A stretch of DNA of 64,000 nt from Thermoplasmata archaeon (GCA_021844945.1 JAKBSJ010000002.1:108684-172683); one strand, 5' to 3'; shown: positions 26,572 through 36,038, counted from the stretch's first letter. Translations and numbers: made by a program. Notes: generated from the letters alone by a model not told the origin.

Positions 26572-28419
26572 ATGCACATCGTGACCCTGGTGAAGATCGT
26601 CCCCGACCTCGAGCAGATCGCGTTCGACCCGACCACGAGGGCGATGCGACGCCCCGACACCGACCTTTATCTGAACCCCTTCGACGCACGTGCGGCCATC
26701 GTCGCCCCGACCCTCGTGCGAGCCGGGGACACTTCCGCGATCGTCTCCATGGGCCCGCCCGCTGCCCGGGGCCCCCTCGTCGGAGGGCTGGCAATGGGTT
26801 CCGATAGGGCCGTTCTCGTGAGCGACCGGGCTCTCGCGGGATCGGACACGTTCGTCACCTCGAAGGTCCTCGCGGCGGCCTTACGGCCGATGGCTCCGGA
26901 TGTGATCCTCACCGGCCGCTGGTCGACCGATTCGTCGACGGGCCAGGTCCCTTCCCAGCTTGCGGAGTTGATGGGTCTCTCGATGGTCAACGGGGCCCGT
27001 CGTATCGAACGAAGAGGTTCGAACGGCCTCGAGGTGCTCGGAGAGACGGAGGAGGGATGGGGGCGCTACGAGGTAACGACCCCCTGCCTTGTGACGGTCG
27101 GCGAGAAGATTGTCAAGATGAGGTTCCCCCCGCCCGAGGCCCGTATGGAAGCGGAGAGCAAACCCCTCGACGTCTGGGGGATCGGAGACCTTGGACTTAC
27201 GCCGGAGGACGTTGGATTCGCAGGCTCGCCCACCGTGGTGAAGGCACTCCGAAACGCCGAACCAGATAGGGCGAAGCTGGTCTTCGACTTCGGCCCGATG
27301 CCCGAAAGGATCCGGGCGGCGGGCGCGAAGATTCGCGACCTCCTCGCTCGGTCCCGAACGCTCCCTCGCCCTTGCCGCGCTCCTCCGAGGTCCCTATCCC
27401 CAACGGGCGAGGTGCTGGTCTTCGTCGCAGGGCCCGAAGGCGGGATTGACCCCGAGTCCCTTCCCCTCCTGTCGGAAGTGCTCCGTTTGCCCGAGCCGCT
27501 CCACTCATCGGCCGTGGGGTTCGGCCCGCTCACGGAGGAAGACCGACACCGCCTGGCTCGAGCTGGGGCCTCCTCCGCATACTGGGCTACAGCGAACCGA
27601 GGGTGGAGATCGCCGGAGGCGCTCGTTCCGATGGTCGGGGACCTTCTCGGCGAGCGCATGCAGGGACCCGGGGCGCTCTTTTCGAGCACGACGTGGGCCC
27701 GAGAGCTCGCCGGCCGCATCTCCACTCGGATGGGACTCGGGCTCACCGGCGATGCCGTGAGCCTGTCCTGGGACCCTGCCTCGGGTCTGGTCCTTGGGAA
27801 GCCGTCGTTTGGAGGGGGTCTCATCGCCGAGGTGGTTTCCAAGCACCGTCCCTCCCTTGCCACCATACGGCCCGGCTCCTTTGAATTGGGTCGTTTCGAA
27901 CGGGATGCGGCCGACGTTCGCTGGATGCCGGTGCCGCTGAAGGAGACCCCGCGCCGTCTGCGGAGGATCGAATCCGGTGTGGAACGCGACCCGCGCTATG
28001 GGGACTTGAACTCGGCCCGCACCGTGGTGGGTATCGGGATGGGCATCGGAGGAGCGGACCACGTGTCCGAGGTCCTCGATACGATTCGCCCCCTCGGCGC
28101 GGCGCTCGGGGCGAGCCGAAAAGTGGTCGATTCCGGCTGGGTCCCGCCCCAGCTCCAGATCGGTCTTACGGGGAAGTCCATCGCGCCCGACCTGTACATA
28201 GGATTGGGCATCAGCGGCCAGATGAACCATCTCGTCGGGGTCAAGCGCGCGCGGGTGACCGTCGGCATCAACCCGAAAGCGTCCGAGCCGGTCTTCTCCC
28301 GGGTCGACGTCGGTGTGGTCGGAGATTGGCGGGAGGTCCTTGGACCGCTCGTAAAAGCTCTGTGCGCTCCGGAGGCCGAGGGTCCGAGAGGCCCATTCTC
28401 GCTCGAGCGCTTTACCTAG
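26572..28419 (+). CDS. Fused electron transfer flavoprotein beta-alpha (FixAB-like)
   Basis: Beta part: NPFD, SMGP, AGSDT, D-STGQVP. Alpha part: GASRKVVDSGW, QIGLTGKSIAPDLYIGLGISGQMNH. Confidence 0.92.
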   Translation: MHIVTLVKIVPDLEQIAFDPTTRAMRRPDTDLYLNPFDARAAIVAPTLVRAGDTSAIVSMGPPAARGPLVGGLAMGSDRAVLVSDRALAGSDTFVTSKVLAAALRPMAPDVILTGRWSTDSSTGQVPSQLAELMGLSMVNGARRIERRGSNGLEVLGETEEGWGRYEVTTPCLVTVGEKIVKMRFPPPEARMEAESKPLDVWGIGDLGLTPEDVGFAGSPTVVKALRNAEPDRAKLVFDFGPMPERIRAAGAKIRDLLARSRTLPRPCRAPPRSLSPTGEVLVFVAGPEGGIDPESLPLLSEVLRLPEPLHSSAVGFGPLTEEDRHRLARAGASSAYWATANRGWRSPEALVPMVGDLLGERMQGPGALFSSTTWARELAGRISTRMGLGLTGDAVSLSWDPASGLVLGKPSFGGGLIAEVVSKHRPSLATIRPGSFELGRFERDAADVRWMPVPLKETPRRLRRIESGVERDPRYGDLNSARTVVGIGMGIGGADHVSEVLDTIRPLGAALGASRKVVDSGWVPPQLQIGLTGKSIAPDLYIGLGISGQMNHLVGVKRARVTVGINPKASEPVFSRVDVGVVGDWREVLGPLVKALCAPEAEGPRGPFSLERFT

Positions 28420-28441
28420 CGCGGTCACGTTGGAAGGAACG

Positions 28442-28834
28442 ATGAGAACCAAGTCAGAGAGCCCCTCGGAGATCTGGACGCGGGAGAAGCTGAAGACGAT
28501 CGCGCGAGATCACTTCGGAGGCCGGAACGCGGCGCTCGAGAACCTCGTTCGCGGGTTGGTCGAGCGCCACCGGAAGATCTGGATGTCTCAGCCGACGGGA
28601 TCCTATCGCCCGACGGCTTCGATGTACGCGCTCGCGCTTCAATGGCAGGTGGATGCGTTGGGCCCCAAGTGCGCCGTCTGCGACGGGAAGATTGCCCTTC
28701 CCGAGACGCCCGCAGAACATTTCGCGACGGGATCCCAACTCACCCTGGCCCCCCGCGTCCTTCCATCCAACGGGGGACGGAATGTTCCCCAGAACCTGGT
28801 CCTCTGCCATAGCGGTTGCATGCCCGGATTGTGA
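28442..28834 (+). CDS. HNH-like Zn-binding protein, likely nuclease-inactive
   Basis: CAVC...LTLAPRVLPSNGGRNVPQNLVLCHSGC follows the HNH pattern, but the catalytic DH is replaced by AP. Confidence 0.55.
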   Translation: MRTKSESPSEIWTREKLKTIARDHFGGRNAALENLVRGLVERHRKIWMSQPTGSYRPTASMYALALQWQVDALGPKCAVCDGKIALPETPAEHFATGSQLTLAPRVLPSNGGRNVPQNLVLCHSGCMPGL

Positions 28835-28846
28835 AGGGGCGCCCTC

Positions 28847-29122
28847 ATGGATGTCAAAGTACAGATCGAGAAGTGCACGGGCTGCCGTCACTGCTTCGAC
28901 GTATGTCCGGTGAACGTGTTCGTGATGCATCCGCGCAGCGAGTTCCCTCAGGTAGTGGACGACCCCGAGGTCGCGGCGAAGTTCCAGTTCCGCGAAGAGA
29001 AATCCGTCGCAGAGAACGGGTCCGACTGCATCCTCTGCAACGCGTGCCTGACCGAGTGCGAAGGGAGCTGCATCACGATCTGGGACGACGAGGGGAAGAC
29101 TTACCAGTCCACGTACAAGTGA
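28847..29122 (+). CDS. 2x[4Fe-4S] ferredoxin
   Basis: CTGCRHCFDVCP and CILCNACLTEC motifs. Confidence 0.92.
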   Translation: MDVKVQIEKCTGCRHCFDVCPVNVFVMHPRSEFPQVVDDPEVAAKFQFREEKSVAENGSDCILCNACLTECEGSCITIWDDEGKTYQSTYK

Positions 29123-29192
29123 CCCAAGGAACCCGGACGAGAGGGGAGTGGGCCGTTCTGCGCCCGGAACCCCGATCGCACCGCGTCCACCT

Positions 29193-30029
29193 ATGACCGG
29201 GAGTCCCGCCCCTCATTCGGAGGGCAAACCTCAATCACGAACCCCCGGCGATGCCGCAGCGGCCCGCGCGTTGGGGAACCTACCTCCGAGGGCGGCCCAG
29301 CCCCATCGGCGGGTGGTGATCCTTACGTCGAACTTCGAGGCGGGCCCCTCCATCCATGTCCTCACCTTCGCCCTCCCGCCCGACGACCCAATGGAGTTCG
29401 TGCCCGGCCAGTACGTGACGTTCTACCTGGTCCGAGAGGGAAAGTCCGTGACCCGCTCGTACTCGATTTATTCCTCCGCCCACCTCCACGATCGTTTCTC
29501 GCTCCTCGTCAAACGCGTCCCCCACGGGTTCGCATCCAATCTCCTCTGTGACCTGACCCCGTCCGCGGGAGCCACGGAGACGATCCTGGCTCCGCTGGGG
29601 AAGTTCCTCTACCGCGACCCGGAGGACCGCCGCGTGCTCATGGTCGCCACCGGAGTGGGCCTTGCCCCCTTCGTTCCGATGCTCGAGCGCCTTCACGAGA
29701 GAAGCCCCTCGACCGACGCATGGCTCATCTGGGGCAATCGGTACGTCGGCGATATGGTCGGGCGCGGCGAGCTTGAGGCGCTGGCCGCCTCGTGGCCCCG
29801 CTTCCATTTCGTGCCGGTCCTCTCCCGACCTCCCAAGGACGGGAGTTGGACGGGAGCGGTGGGCCACGTCCAAGACGCAGTGCGAGCCGGCTTCCCCGAC
29901 CTCGCTCGCGCCGACGTGTATCTCTGCGGGGCCACCCCGATGGTCAACGAAATGCAGGATCTAGCGATAGAACTCCGGTGCCCCAAGGAGCACGTCTTCG
30001 TCGACCGTTGGGGAGAGCACACGGAGTAA
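29193..30029 (+). CDS. FAD-binding ferredoxin-NAD(P) reductase-family oxidoreductase
   Basis: FVPGQY, RSYSIYS, GFASN, ATGVGLAP and YLCG motifs. Confidence 0.9.
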   Translation: MTGSPAPHSEGKPQSRTPGDAAAARALGNLPPRAAQPHRRVVILTSNFEAGPSIHVLTFALPPDDPMEFVPGQYVTFYLVREGKSVTRSYSIYSSAHLHDRFSLLVKRVPHGFASNLLCDLTPSAGATETILAPLGKFLYRDPEDRRVLMVATGVGLAPFVPMLERLHERSPSTDAWLIWGNRYVGDMVGRGELEALAASWPRFHFVPVLSRPPKDGSWTGAVGHVQDAVRAGFPDLARADVYLCGATPMVNEMQDLAIELRCPKEHVFVDRWGEHTE

Positions 30030-30140
30030 GCTCGGGACACCTTCCGCGGACCTAAAGGGCATCTTGAGAGAGTTCTCACCCACGCTAAGCCCGGTGCCAT
30101 CGGCCCGCGCGCTGACGTGGGTCCCCGATGCTGTTACCGG

Positions 30141-30335
30141 CTAGTCCGGCGGGCTGCTCCTCAGGCGGGATAGGCGGGGATCGTCCAACTGGAACTCTGC
30201 GCCGCATCGCTGGCAATACACGTAACAGTGAACATCACCGCTGACGGGAGGGCTCAGCGTTCCTCGGCACACCGGACACTGGGAGGGGGGAGGGTCCGGG
30301 CGTCTCGCGCCGGAATCATCCGTGGGGGGGAGCAT
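30141..30335 (-). CDS. Small CPxC Zn-finger microprotein
   Basis: 64 aa containing CPVCRG...YCQRCGAEF. Confidence 0.5.
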   Translation of the reverse strand: MLPPTDDSGARRPDPPPSQCPVCRGTLSPPVSGDVHCYVYCQRCGAEFQLDDPRLSRLRSSPPD

Positions 30336-30565
30336 TGTGCGTACCCGTCCCCTACACGCGACGGGCTTCCCTTGAGCCCTTCGATGGGACTCTGGGAAAG
30401 CCCGATGGCACACCTTGATGGGAGGTCCGCCGGTCGAGACGCGTTCACCGCGATGGTCGTGGGCCCCGGGTGGCGTTTGGGGCGCCGCCGGGTCGGAAGG
30501 CCCGAGGGGAACGCGGCCGGGCAACGTTCACGCAGGGCCCTTCGACCCCGGTGCTCCTAGGTCGG

Positions 30566-30961
30566 CTAGCTTGTCGTCGCGGCCGGTCGCTTCCAGATGA
30601 TCGCAAGGATCCCGCCCACGAGGGCGAGGATCGCGCCGATGTAGAAGCCTCCGCCTCCGATGAAGCTGAGGAGCGCGCAGACCAGCACGACGACGCCCGC
30701 GGTCTGCGAGGTCTCGGGGTGGTTCTTCATCCGCAGGGCGAACACCAATATCAGAATGCCGAGGAGGACAGCCACCGCCGCAAGGGCCGCGGAAACGACC
30801 GCGCCGACACCGAAGGCAATCGAGATGTGGAACGAAGAGAAAGCGGTCGCTATCACGATGTAAAGGATCGCGATGATGATGCTCAGAAAGAGCACCAAAA
30901 TTCCACCGATCAGCGACAGGAGATACGCGGTCCGAGGGTATTTCTCAGCGCCCGATGCCAT
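30566..30961 (-). CDS. Small 4-TM membrane protein
   Basis: Four hydrophobic helices; GGGFYIGAILALVGGIL; AT-rich promoter upstream. Confidence 0.8.
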   Translation of the reverse strand: MASGAEKYPRTAYLLSLIGGILVLFLSIIIAILYIVIATAFSSFHISIAFGVGAVVSAALAAVAVLLGILILVFALRMKNHPETSQTAGVVVLVCALLSFIGGGGFYIGAILALVGGILAIIWKRPAATTS

Positions 30962-31040
30962 AGGAATTCAAGAAGGACATGTTCTATTTGAAACGCATAG
31001 GTGACGGGCCGGGCTCGCACGCCGCCGGGTCCGTCGACGC

Positions 31041-31622
31041 CTACGCTCCGGCCCGGATCTCCGGCTCGGTCGAGCGGTAGAGCCCGGTCTCGGTGCGGAC
31101 GTGGGAGCGAAGAGCCACGCGACGAAAGCCGAGGTCTTCAATCGTGCGACGAAGGCGTCCGCCTCGGGAGAAGTCCTTGTAAACGAGCCATCCGCCGGGA
31201 CGCAGCACTCGACGGATCTCTCCTACGGCCGTCGGCTGCTGAACGAACTCTCCGTGGTGGCGCTCGACGTGATGGAGCGACATGAGGGCGAAGACCCCGT
31301 CGAAAGATTGATCCTTGAACGGGAGCTTCAACGCATCGACCTCACTGAGAAGGACCGGGGACGGGATCGTCCCGAACCGAGCGCTGAGGAACTCGCGGGC
31401 GGATCGCACCTGCTCCGGATCGACGTCGGTTCCTACGTAGAGAGCCGGACGGAAGCGCTCGGTACCGAGCGCGACGAGGCCGCCACCGCCCATGCCCAGC
31501 TCCAAGAGACGGGGACGGTCGGGGAGCGTGAGGGAACCGGACACTTCGCGCAGCACGCGATCCGCTCGGGTGACGGTCCTTCGATTGATGAGCCAACGGG
31601 AGAGCCCGCTCATCCGCGCCAT
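31041..31622 (-). CDS. Class I SAM-dependent methyltransferase
   Basis: LELGMGGG, DALKLPFKDQSFD and EIRRVLRPGG motifs. Confidence 0.85.
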   Translation of the reverse strand: MARMSGLSRWLINRRTVTRADRVLREVSGSLTLPDRPRLLELGMGGGGLVALGTERFRPALYVGTDVDPEQVRSAREFLSARFGTIPSPVLLSEVDALKLPFKDQSFDGVFALMSLHHVERHHGEFVQQPTAVGEIRRVLRPGGWLVYKDFSRGGRLRRTIEDLGFRRVALRSHVRTETGLYRSTEPEIRAGA

Positions 31623-31845
31623 CGTTCGAGCGAGGGGAAGCTCCCCGGGATAAAGACGCCGACCACCGCTTATGTCGGGGGCGGCTCGATCGTCGAGATG
31701 GGCCGATCTGCGATCGATCGAACGCGGGCCGGGCATTCCCTCGGCCGGGAGGTCACGTTCCTTTCTCGCTGTGGGATCAACGGCTTTTGAGCACCGGCTT
31801 CGCCGGCCGGCGATTATGAATAGAGCCAGTCCCCTTCGCCCGACG

Positions 31846-32124
31846 ATGAGCCCGGCGGTCGAAGTTCGGCTCGATGGATGGCTCCGCCAGTTCGGCGCCC
31901 CTTCGCGAGAGTCGGTGGACGCCGATTCGATCGACCACCTTATCGATGCGCTCGAAGAGCGCTATCCTCGCCTCAAGTTCAAGCTGCGCGACGAGACGGG
32001 CCACCTTCGCCGCTACGTGCGCGTTTTCCTGGATGGAAAGGACGTGAGCGCGACGACGGGGGTCTCGACCCCGCTGTCCGACGTCCGCGTGGTGGACATC
32101 CTCCACTCGATTGCCGGAGGGTAG
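31846..32124 (+). CDS. MoaD/ThiS/SAMP ubiquitin-like protein
   Basis: Beta-grasp pattern (LEERYPRL...LRRYVRVFLDG) ending in IAGG. Confidence 0.88.
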   Translation: MSPAVEVRLDGWLRQFGAPSRESVDADSIDHLIDALEERYPRLKFKLRDETGHLRRYVRVFLDGKDVSATTGVSTPLSDVRVVDILHSIAGG

Positions 32125-32133
32125 GAAGAGAGC

Positions 32134-33264
32134 ATGACCTACCGACCGAGCCGGATCCAGATCCTCCTCGGCACCCGCAAGGGGACCTACGTCGTCGAGG
32201 GGAACGCGCGCCGTACCTCGTGGAAAGTGGGGCGGCCCGCGCACGTCGGGGAAGAGGTGTACCACGTCATCGCCGACCCCCGTCATCCGGGGAGCCTGTA
32301 CGCTGCAGTCAACAACGGGTTCTGGGGACCCGCGGTCCACCGATCCCGAGACGGGGGCCGCACGTGGAAGGAGGTCGCGACTCCACTGCTGCCGCGCACG
32401 AGGAACCGGCCGAACCCGATGGAGGCGTCCGCGCCGGCGCCCAAACCCGTCGCCAACCTCTGGCACATCGAACCCGGCCACCCTAGCGAGCCGAAGACGC
32501 TCTACCTCGGCGCCGACCCGCACCTCTTGTTCCGTAGCCCCGACCTCGGCGCGAGTTGGGACCCCATCGACAGCATCAACGAGCACCCCGCACGGAAGGA
32601 CTGGGCTCCCGGAGCCGGCGGAGCCTGCCTGCATACGATCCTCGTCGACCCCCGCGACCCGAAGCGAATGTACATCGGCCTGTCGGCGGTGGGAACGTTC
32701 CGCACCGAGAACGGGGGCGATAGTTGGGTGCCCACGAACCGCGGGGTCCTCGCTCCGTTCCTTCCGGACAAGCATCCCGAAACCGGACAGTGCGTGCATC
32801 ACGTCGCGCCCGACGCGCGGGACTCGGACACGTTCTATCGCCAGGATCACGGCGGGATGTACGTGTCCCACGACCGGATGGACCACTGGATCCGGATCGG
32901 CCGCCCGCTCGGGGACGATTTCGGATTTGCGGTTGCGAGCCCGCCGGCGGCGCCCGGGAGGGCGTATTTCGTTCGGTTGAACGGCCGCGACCGAACGACC
33001 GGGACCGGTTACTTCCAGGTCCAAGAGTGGAACGACGATCGGAAGAGGTGGCGAGCGCTCGTCCGGCCGAACGCCTTCCCCGGCACCTTCGGGGTTCATC
33101 GTGAAGGGATCTCCACCGACAACCTCGACCCGCCCGGCATCTACGTCGGAACGACCACAGGTCAGCTCTTCGTGAGCCCGAATGCCGGGAAGTCGTGGCA
33201 GCAGATCCCGTTCGCTTTCCCGGGGATTCACTCGGTCGCCGTGGCGAACCCGGCATCTCGTTAG
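32134..33264 (+). CDS. BNR/Asp-box beta-propeller (sialidase/Ycf48-like) protein
   Basis: Asp-boxes SRDGGRTW, SPDLGASW, TENGGDSW and SPNAGKSW; WAPGAGGACLHTI and GQCVHHV motifs. Confidence 0.85.
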   Translation: MTYRPSRIQILLGTRKGTYVVEGNARRTSWKVGRPAHVGEEVYHVIADPRHPGSLYAAVNNGFWGPAVHRSRDGGRTWKEVATPLLPRTRNRPNPMEASAPAPKPVANLWHIEPGHPSEPKTLYLGADPHLLFRSPDLGASWDPIDSINEHPARKDWAPGAGGACLHTILVDPRDPKRMYIGLSAVGTFRTENGGDSWVPTNRGVLAPFLPDKHPETGQCVHHVAPDARDSDTFYRQDHGGMYVSHDRMDHWIRIGRPLGDDFGFAVASPPAAPGRAYFVRLNGRDRTTGTGYFQVQEWNDDRKRWRALVRPNAFPGTFGVHREGISTDNLDPPGIYVGTTTGQLFVSPNAGKSWQQIPFAFPGIHSVAVANPASR

Positions 33265-33306
33265 CGCGGGCCGCGAAGCTAAATCGCCGCCCGTAATGCG
33301 GCGACG

Positions 33307-34404
33307 ATGTCGGCGCCCCAAGTCTCGGCCGCCACACGCTCGAAGGTCGCCCGTTCCGTCCTATCCCGAAACCTCCGTTTGCGTCCCGGCGAGCGCATCA
33401 TCGTGGAGGCGTGGACGCACACGCTCCCCTGGGCCGTCGCGTTCGCACGCGAAGCGCGCCGCATGGGGGCGTACCCGATCGTCCCCTACGAGGACGAGGA
33501 AGCGTTCTGGGACCTGGTGGACGACGGCAAGCTCGACGTGCTCGGCGCCAAGGCTCGGCACGAGTGGGCGGCCCTAGCGCAAACGAACGCATACATTCAT
33601 TTCTGGGGCCCGGGCGACCGGGTGCGGCTGGACCGGATGCCGAGCGAGGAGCGGGATCGCGCGTTCGCGTTCAACATGGGATGGTACGAAGCGGCCCGCA
33701 AGGCCGGGCTTCGAGGGGCTCGGATGGAACTGGGGCGGCCGTATTCCACGCTCGCGCGCGCCTACGGCGTCGACCTCGGGAAGTGGACGGACCAGCTGGT
33801 GCAGGCCACGCTCGTGGATCCGAACGATCTCCAACGCGCGGCAACGCCGATCGTCCGCGCGCTCGAGCGCGGCCGTAGGCTCCGGATCCGGAGCCCTAGG
33901 GGTACCGATCTCACCTTGGGTCTTGCGCACCGGCCCGCTACCACGTCCATCGGACGCCCGAAGGTAGGCGACCCGCGCCGACCGTTCGACTTCCTGACGA
34001 ACTTGCCGGCCGGATTGATTCGCGTTGCACTGGATGAGTCCGTGGCGGAGGGCACGATCGTCGCCAATCGGGATTGCTACTACGATTCCGGCAGGGCCGC
34101 CGGCGGAGTCTTCCGGTTCCGGTCGGGAAAGCTCGTCTCGGCGGAGTTCGATCGGGGGCAGCCGTTCTTCGATCGACCGTACCGGACGGGCGGCAAAGGG
34201 CGCGACCGGCCCGGGCTGCTCGGCATCGGGCTCAACCCGAAGCTCAAGGACACCCCCCAGGTCGAGGACCTCGAGCGAGGCGCGGTGATGGTCTCCGTCG
34301 GGACCAACACCTTCTTCGGGGGCAAGAACGCATCGTCGTTCTTCGGGTTCGCCATCGACGCCGGAGCGACCGTGGAGATCGACGGGCGGACGATCCACCT
34401 ATAG
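33307..34404 (+). CDS. M29 aminopeptidase-like protein, metal ligands apparently lost
   Basis: NLRLRPGERII, GTDLTL, NLPAG, GIGLNP and GGKNAS match the M29 architecture. Confidence 0.75.
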   Translation: MSAPQVSAATRSKVARSVLSRNLRLRPGERIIVEAWTHTLPWAVAFAREARRMGAYPIVPYEDEEAFWDLVDDGKLDVLGAKARHEWAALAQTNAYIHFWGPGDRVRLDRMPSEERDRAFAFNMGWYEAARKAGLRGARMELGRPYSTLARAYGVDLGKWTDQLVQATLVDPNDLQRAATPIVRALERGRRLRIRSPRGTDLTLGLAHRPATTSIGRPKVGDPRRPFDFLTNLPAGLIRVALDESVAEGTIVANRDCYYDSGRAAGGVFRFRSGKLVSAEFDRGQPFFDRPYRTGGKGRDRPGLLGIGLNPKLKDTPQVEDLERGAVMVSVGTNTFFGGKNASSFFGFAIDAGATVEIDGRTIHL

Positions 34405-34519
34405 CTTCCAAGCTCGGGACTCCCGCCCGGCGCGGCGGAACGCTCGATCGACGGGTCGATGACGGGCGGCTCGGGCGTGCGGCCCCGGGGATCGAGGCGC
34501 GAGAGCCGATACGTTCCCG

Positions 34520-35233
34520 TCACCCGCGAGGAACCCTGCCCGCCCCGGGGGACGGAGCGGCGGACCTGTTCCGCGCGCGGGCCCGGTCCGCCGGCCGCTC
34601 CCCCGAAGGAAGGAAACCGAAGAGGCGGACGGTGGGATCGAACTCTCGCGGAAACGCGACCAGCCGATGCGCTCCCACCGCCATCGTGCTCTCGGGAACC
34701 GGGGCGAAGCGGATCTCCTCGAACCCGGACTCCCGAAACCAGGTGCGGATCGAAGGCGTGAGATCCGGTTCGAACCGACCCCGGGTCCAGAGGACGAACG
34801 CACCGGGCGCGGCGAGTTCGGGGAGGTGAGAGATCGTGTTGCGGATATCGGCGTCGGAGATGTTCCCGTAGACACCACACACCAAGATCAGGTCGGCCGG
34901 GATCGCGCCCTCGTACGCGTGCGCGTGGCCGGCGTTCGCCTCTACGACCTCGACCCCCGAGAGATCGTCGTGGGCCGCCCGCTCTCGGGCTCCTCGGGCC
35001 AGGGTGGGATCGGTCTCGACCAGGCGGGCCGCAACATCGGCCCGTCGTGGATGGGCCGCTAGGACCCCGAGGAGGTCCCGGCCATCCCCCGCGCACATGC
35101 TGATGGCGCGGAGGAGACCGGGAGGCCGTCGATCGATCTCCTCCCGGAGCAGGGATCGAACGAGCTCGAGCCGTTTCGAGAGCGGGGAGCCCGGCTCGTA
35201 CTGTCGGTGCCAATCGACCCACTCGCCGGTCAT
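34520..35233 (-). CDS. Class I SAM-dependent methyltransferase
   Basis: SMCAGDGRDLLGVL, LVETDP, CGVYGNI and VLWTRGR motifs. Confidence 0.75.
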   Translation of the reverse strand: MTGEWVDWHRQYEPGSPLSKRLELVRSLLREEIDRRPPGLLRAISMCAGDGRDLLGVLAAHPRRADVAARLVETDPTLARGARERAAHDDLSGVEVVEANAGHAHAYEGAIPADLILVCGVYGNISDADIRNTISHLPELAAPGAFVLWTRGRFEPDLTPSIRTWFRESGFEEIRFAPVPESTMAVGAHRLVAFPREFDPTVRLFGFLPSGERPADRARARNRSAAPSPGAGRVPRG

Positions 35234-35306
35234 GGGGACCTTGCGGGTCCCACCCGGCCCGTTCTCATATCACAGTTCGGGAGGCGGTCCGGGATAGGGG
35301 ATGCCG

Positions 35307-36038
35307 CTACGGCCAGTCCTGGGCGGCGAGGGAGAGCTCCGCGAAGCGGTCGCAATCCTCGCAGCCCGGGCTGCGCTTGGGGGGGCGCGGAGCGTCATAG
35401 ATCTCGCGAGCGCGCCGCATGAGAGGAGGAAGGAGGTCCGGGTCCAACGGAACGTCTTCGAGGGTCGCGCGGAAGCCCATCACGAACCCTTCCTCGGTGC
35501 GAGCGCTCTCGAACAGGCCGGGGGACCCGTCGGTGATGGGCTCGGTGTACACGAGCGCGAGCCGGTCGACCGGACCCAAGCCCCGGGACTCGGCGATCCG
35601 GGCGTACCCGTTCAGCTGCACCTCGTAGATCGGCCGCAGTTCGTCCTGCGCCGCGGTGTGCTTCGCGGTCTTGTAATCGACGATCACCTTGCGGCCGTCG
35701 GCGCGTACGAGGATCCCGTCGGGCGCCCCCGTGAGGCGGATGCCGGTCGCATCGTCGTCGATGTAGAACTTCGGGGGAGCGGGGGGAGGGATGTACGAGG
35801 TGAAGGGCCCCAGCGGGGCCAGCCACAACGGCGGCGCCCCGTGCCGGTCGAACGACGCATGGACGATCTTCTTCGAGTAAGAGTCGAGCGACGAGAAGAT
35901 CCCTGGGAAGGGCCCGCCAAACGGGAGGTCGTAATGACGGTCGAGCCAGAAGCAGCGCGGGCAGAACTCGGGCATCGCGAGCTGTCCGAGGTCCTTCGCG
36001 GAGATCCGGAATCGAGGGGTCGCGTCGCGCTCGGCCAC
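35307..36038 (-). CDS. PD-(D/E)XK nuclease (Cas4/RecB-like), stand-alone
   Basis: CPRC, GAPD, IVDYKT, QLNGY and a C-terminal CEDC. Confidence 0.8.
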   Translation of the reverse strand: MAERDATPRFRISAKDLGQLAMPEFCPRCFWLDRHYDLPFGGPFPGIFSSLDSYSKKIVHASFDRHGAPPLWLAPLGPFTSYIPPPAPPKFYIDDDATGIRLTGAPDGILVRADGRKVIVDYKTAKHTAAQDELRPIYEVQLNGYARIAESRGLGPVDRLALVYTEPITDGSPGLFESARTEEGFVMGFRATLEDVPLDPDLLPPLMRRAREIYDAPRPPKRSPGCEDCDRFAELSLAAQDWP

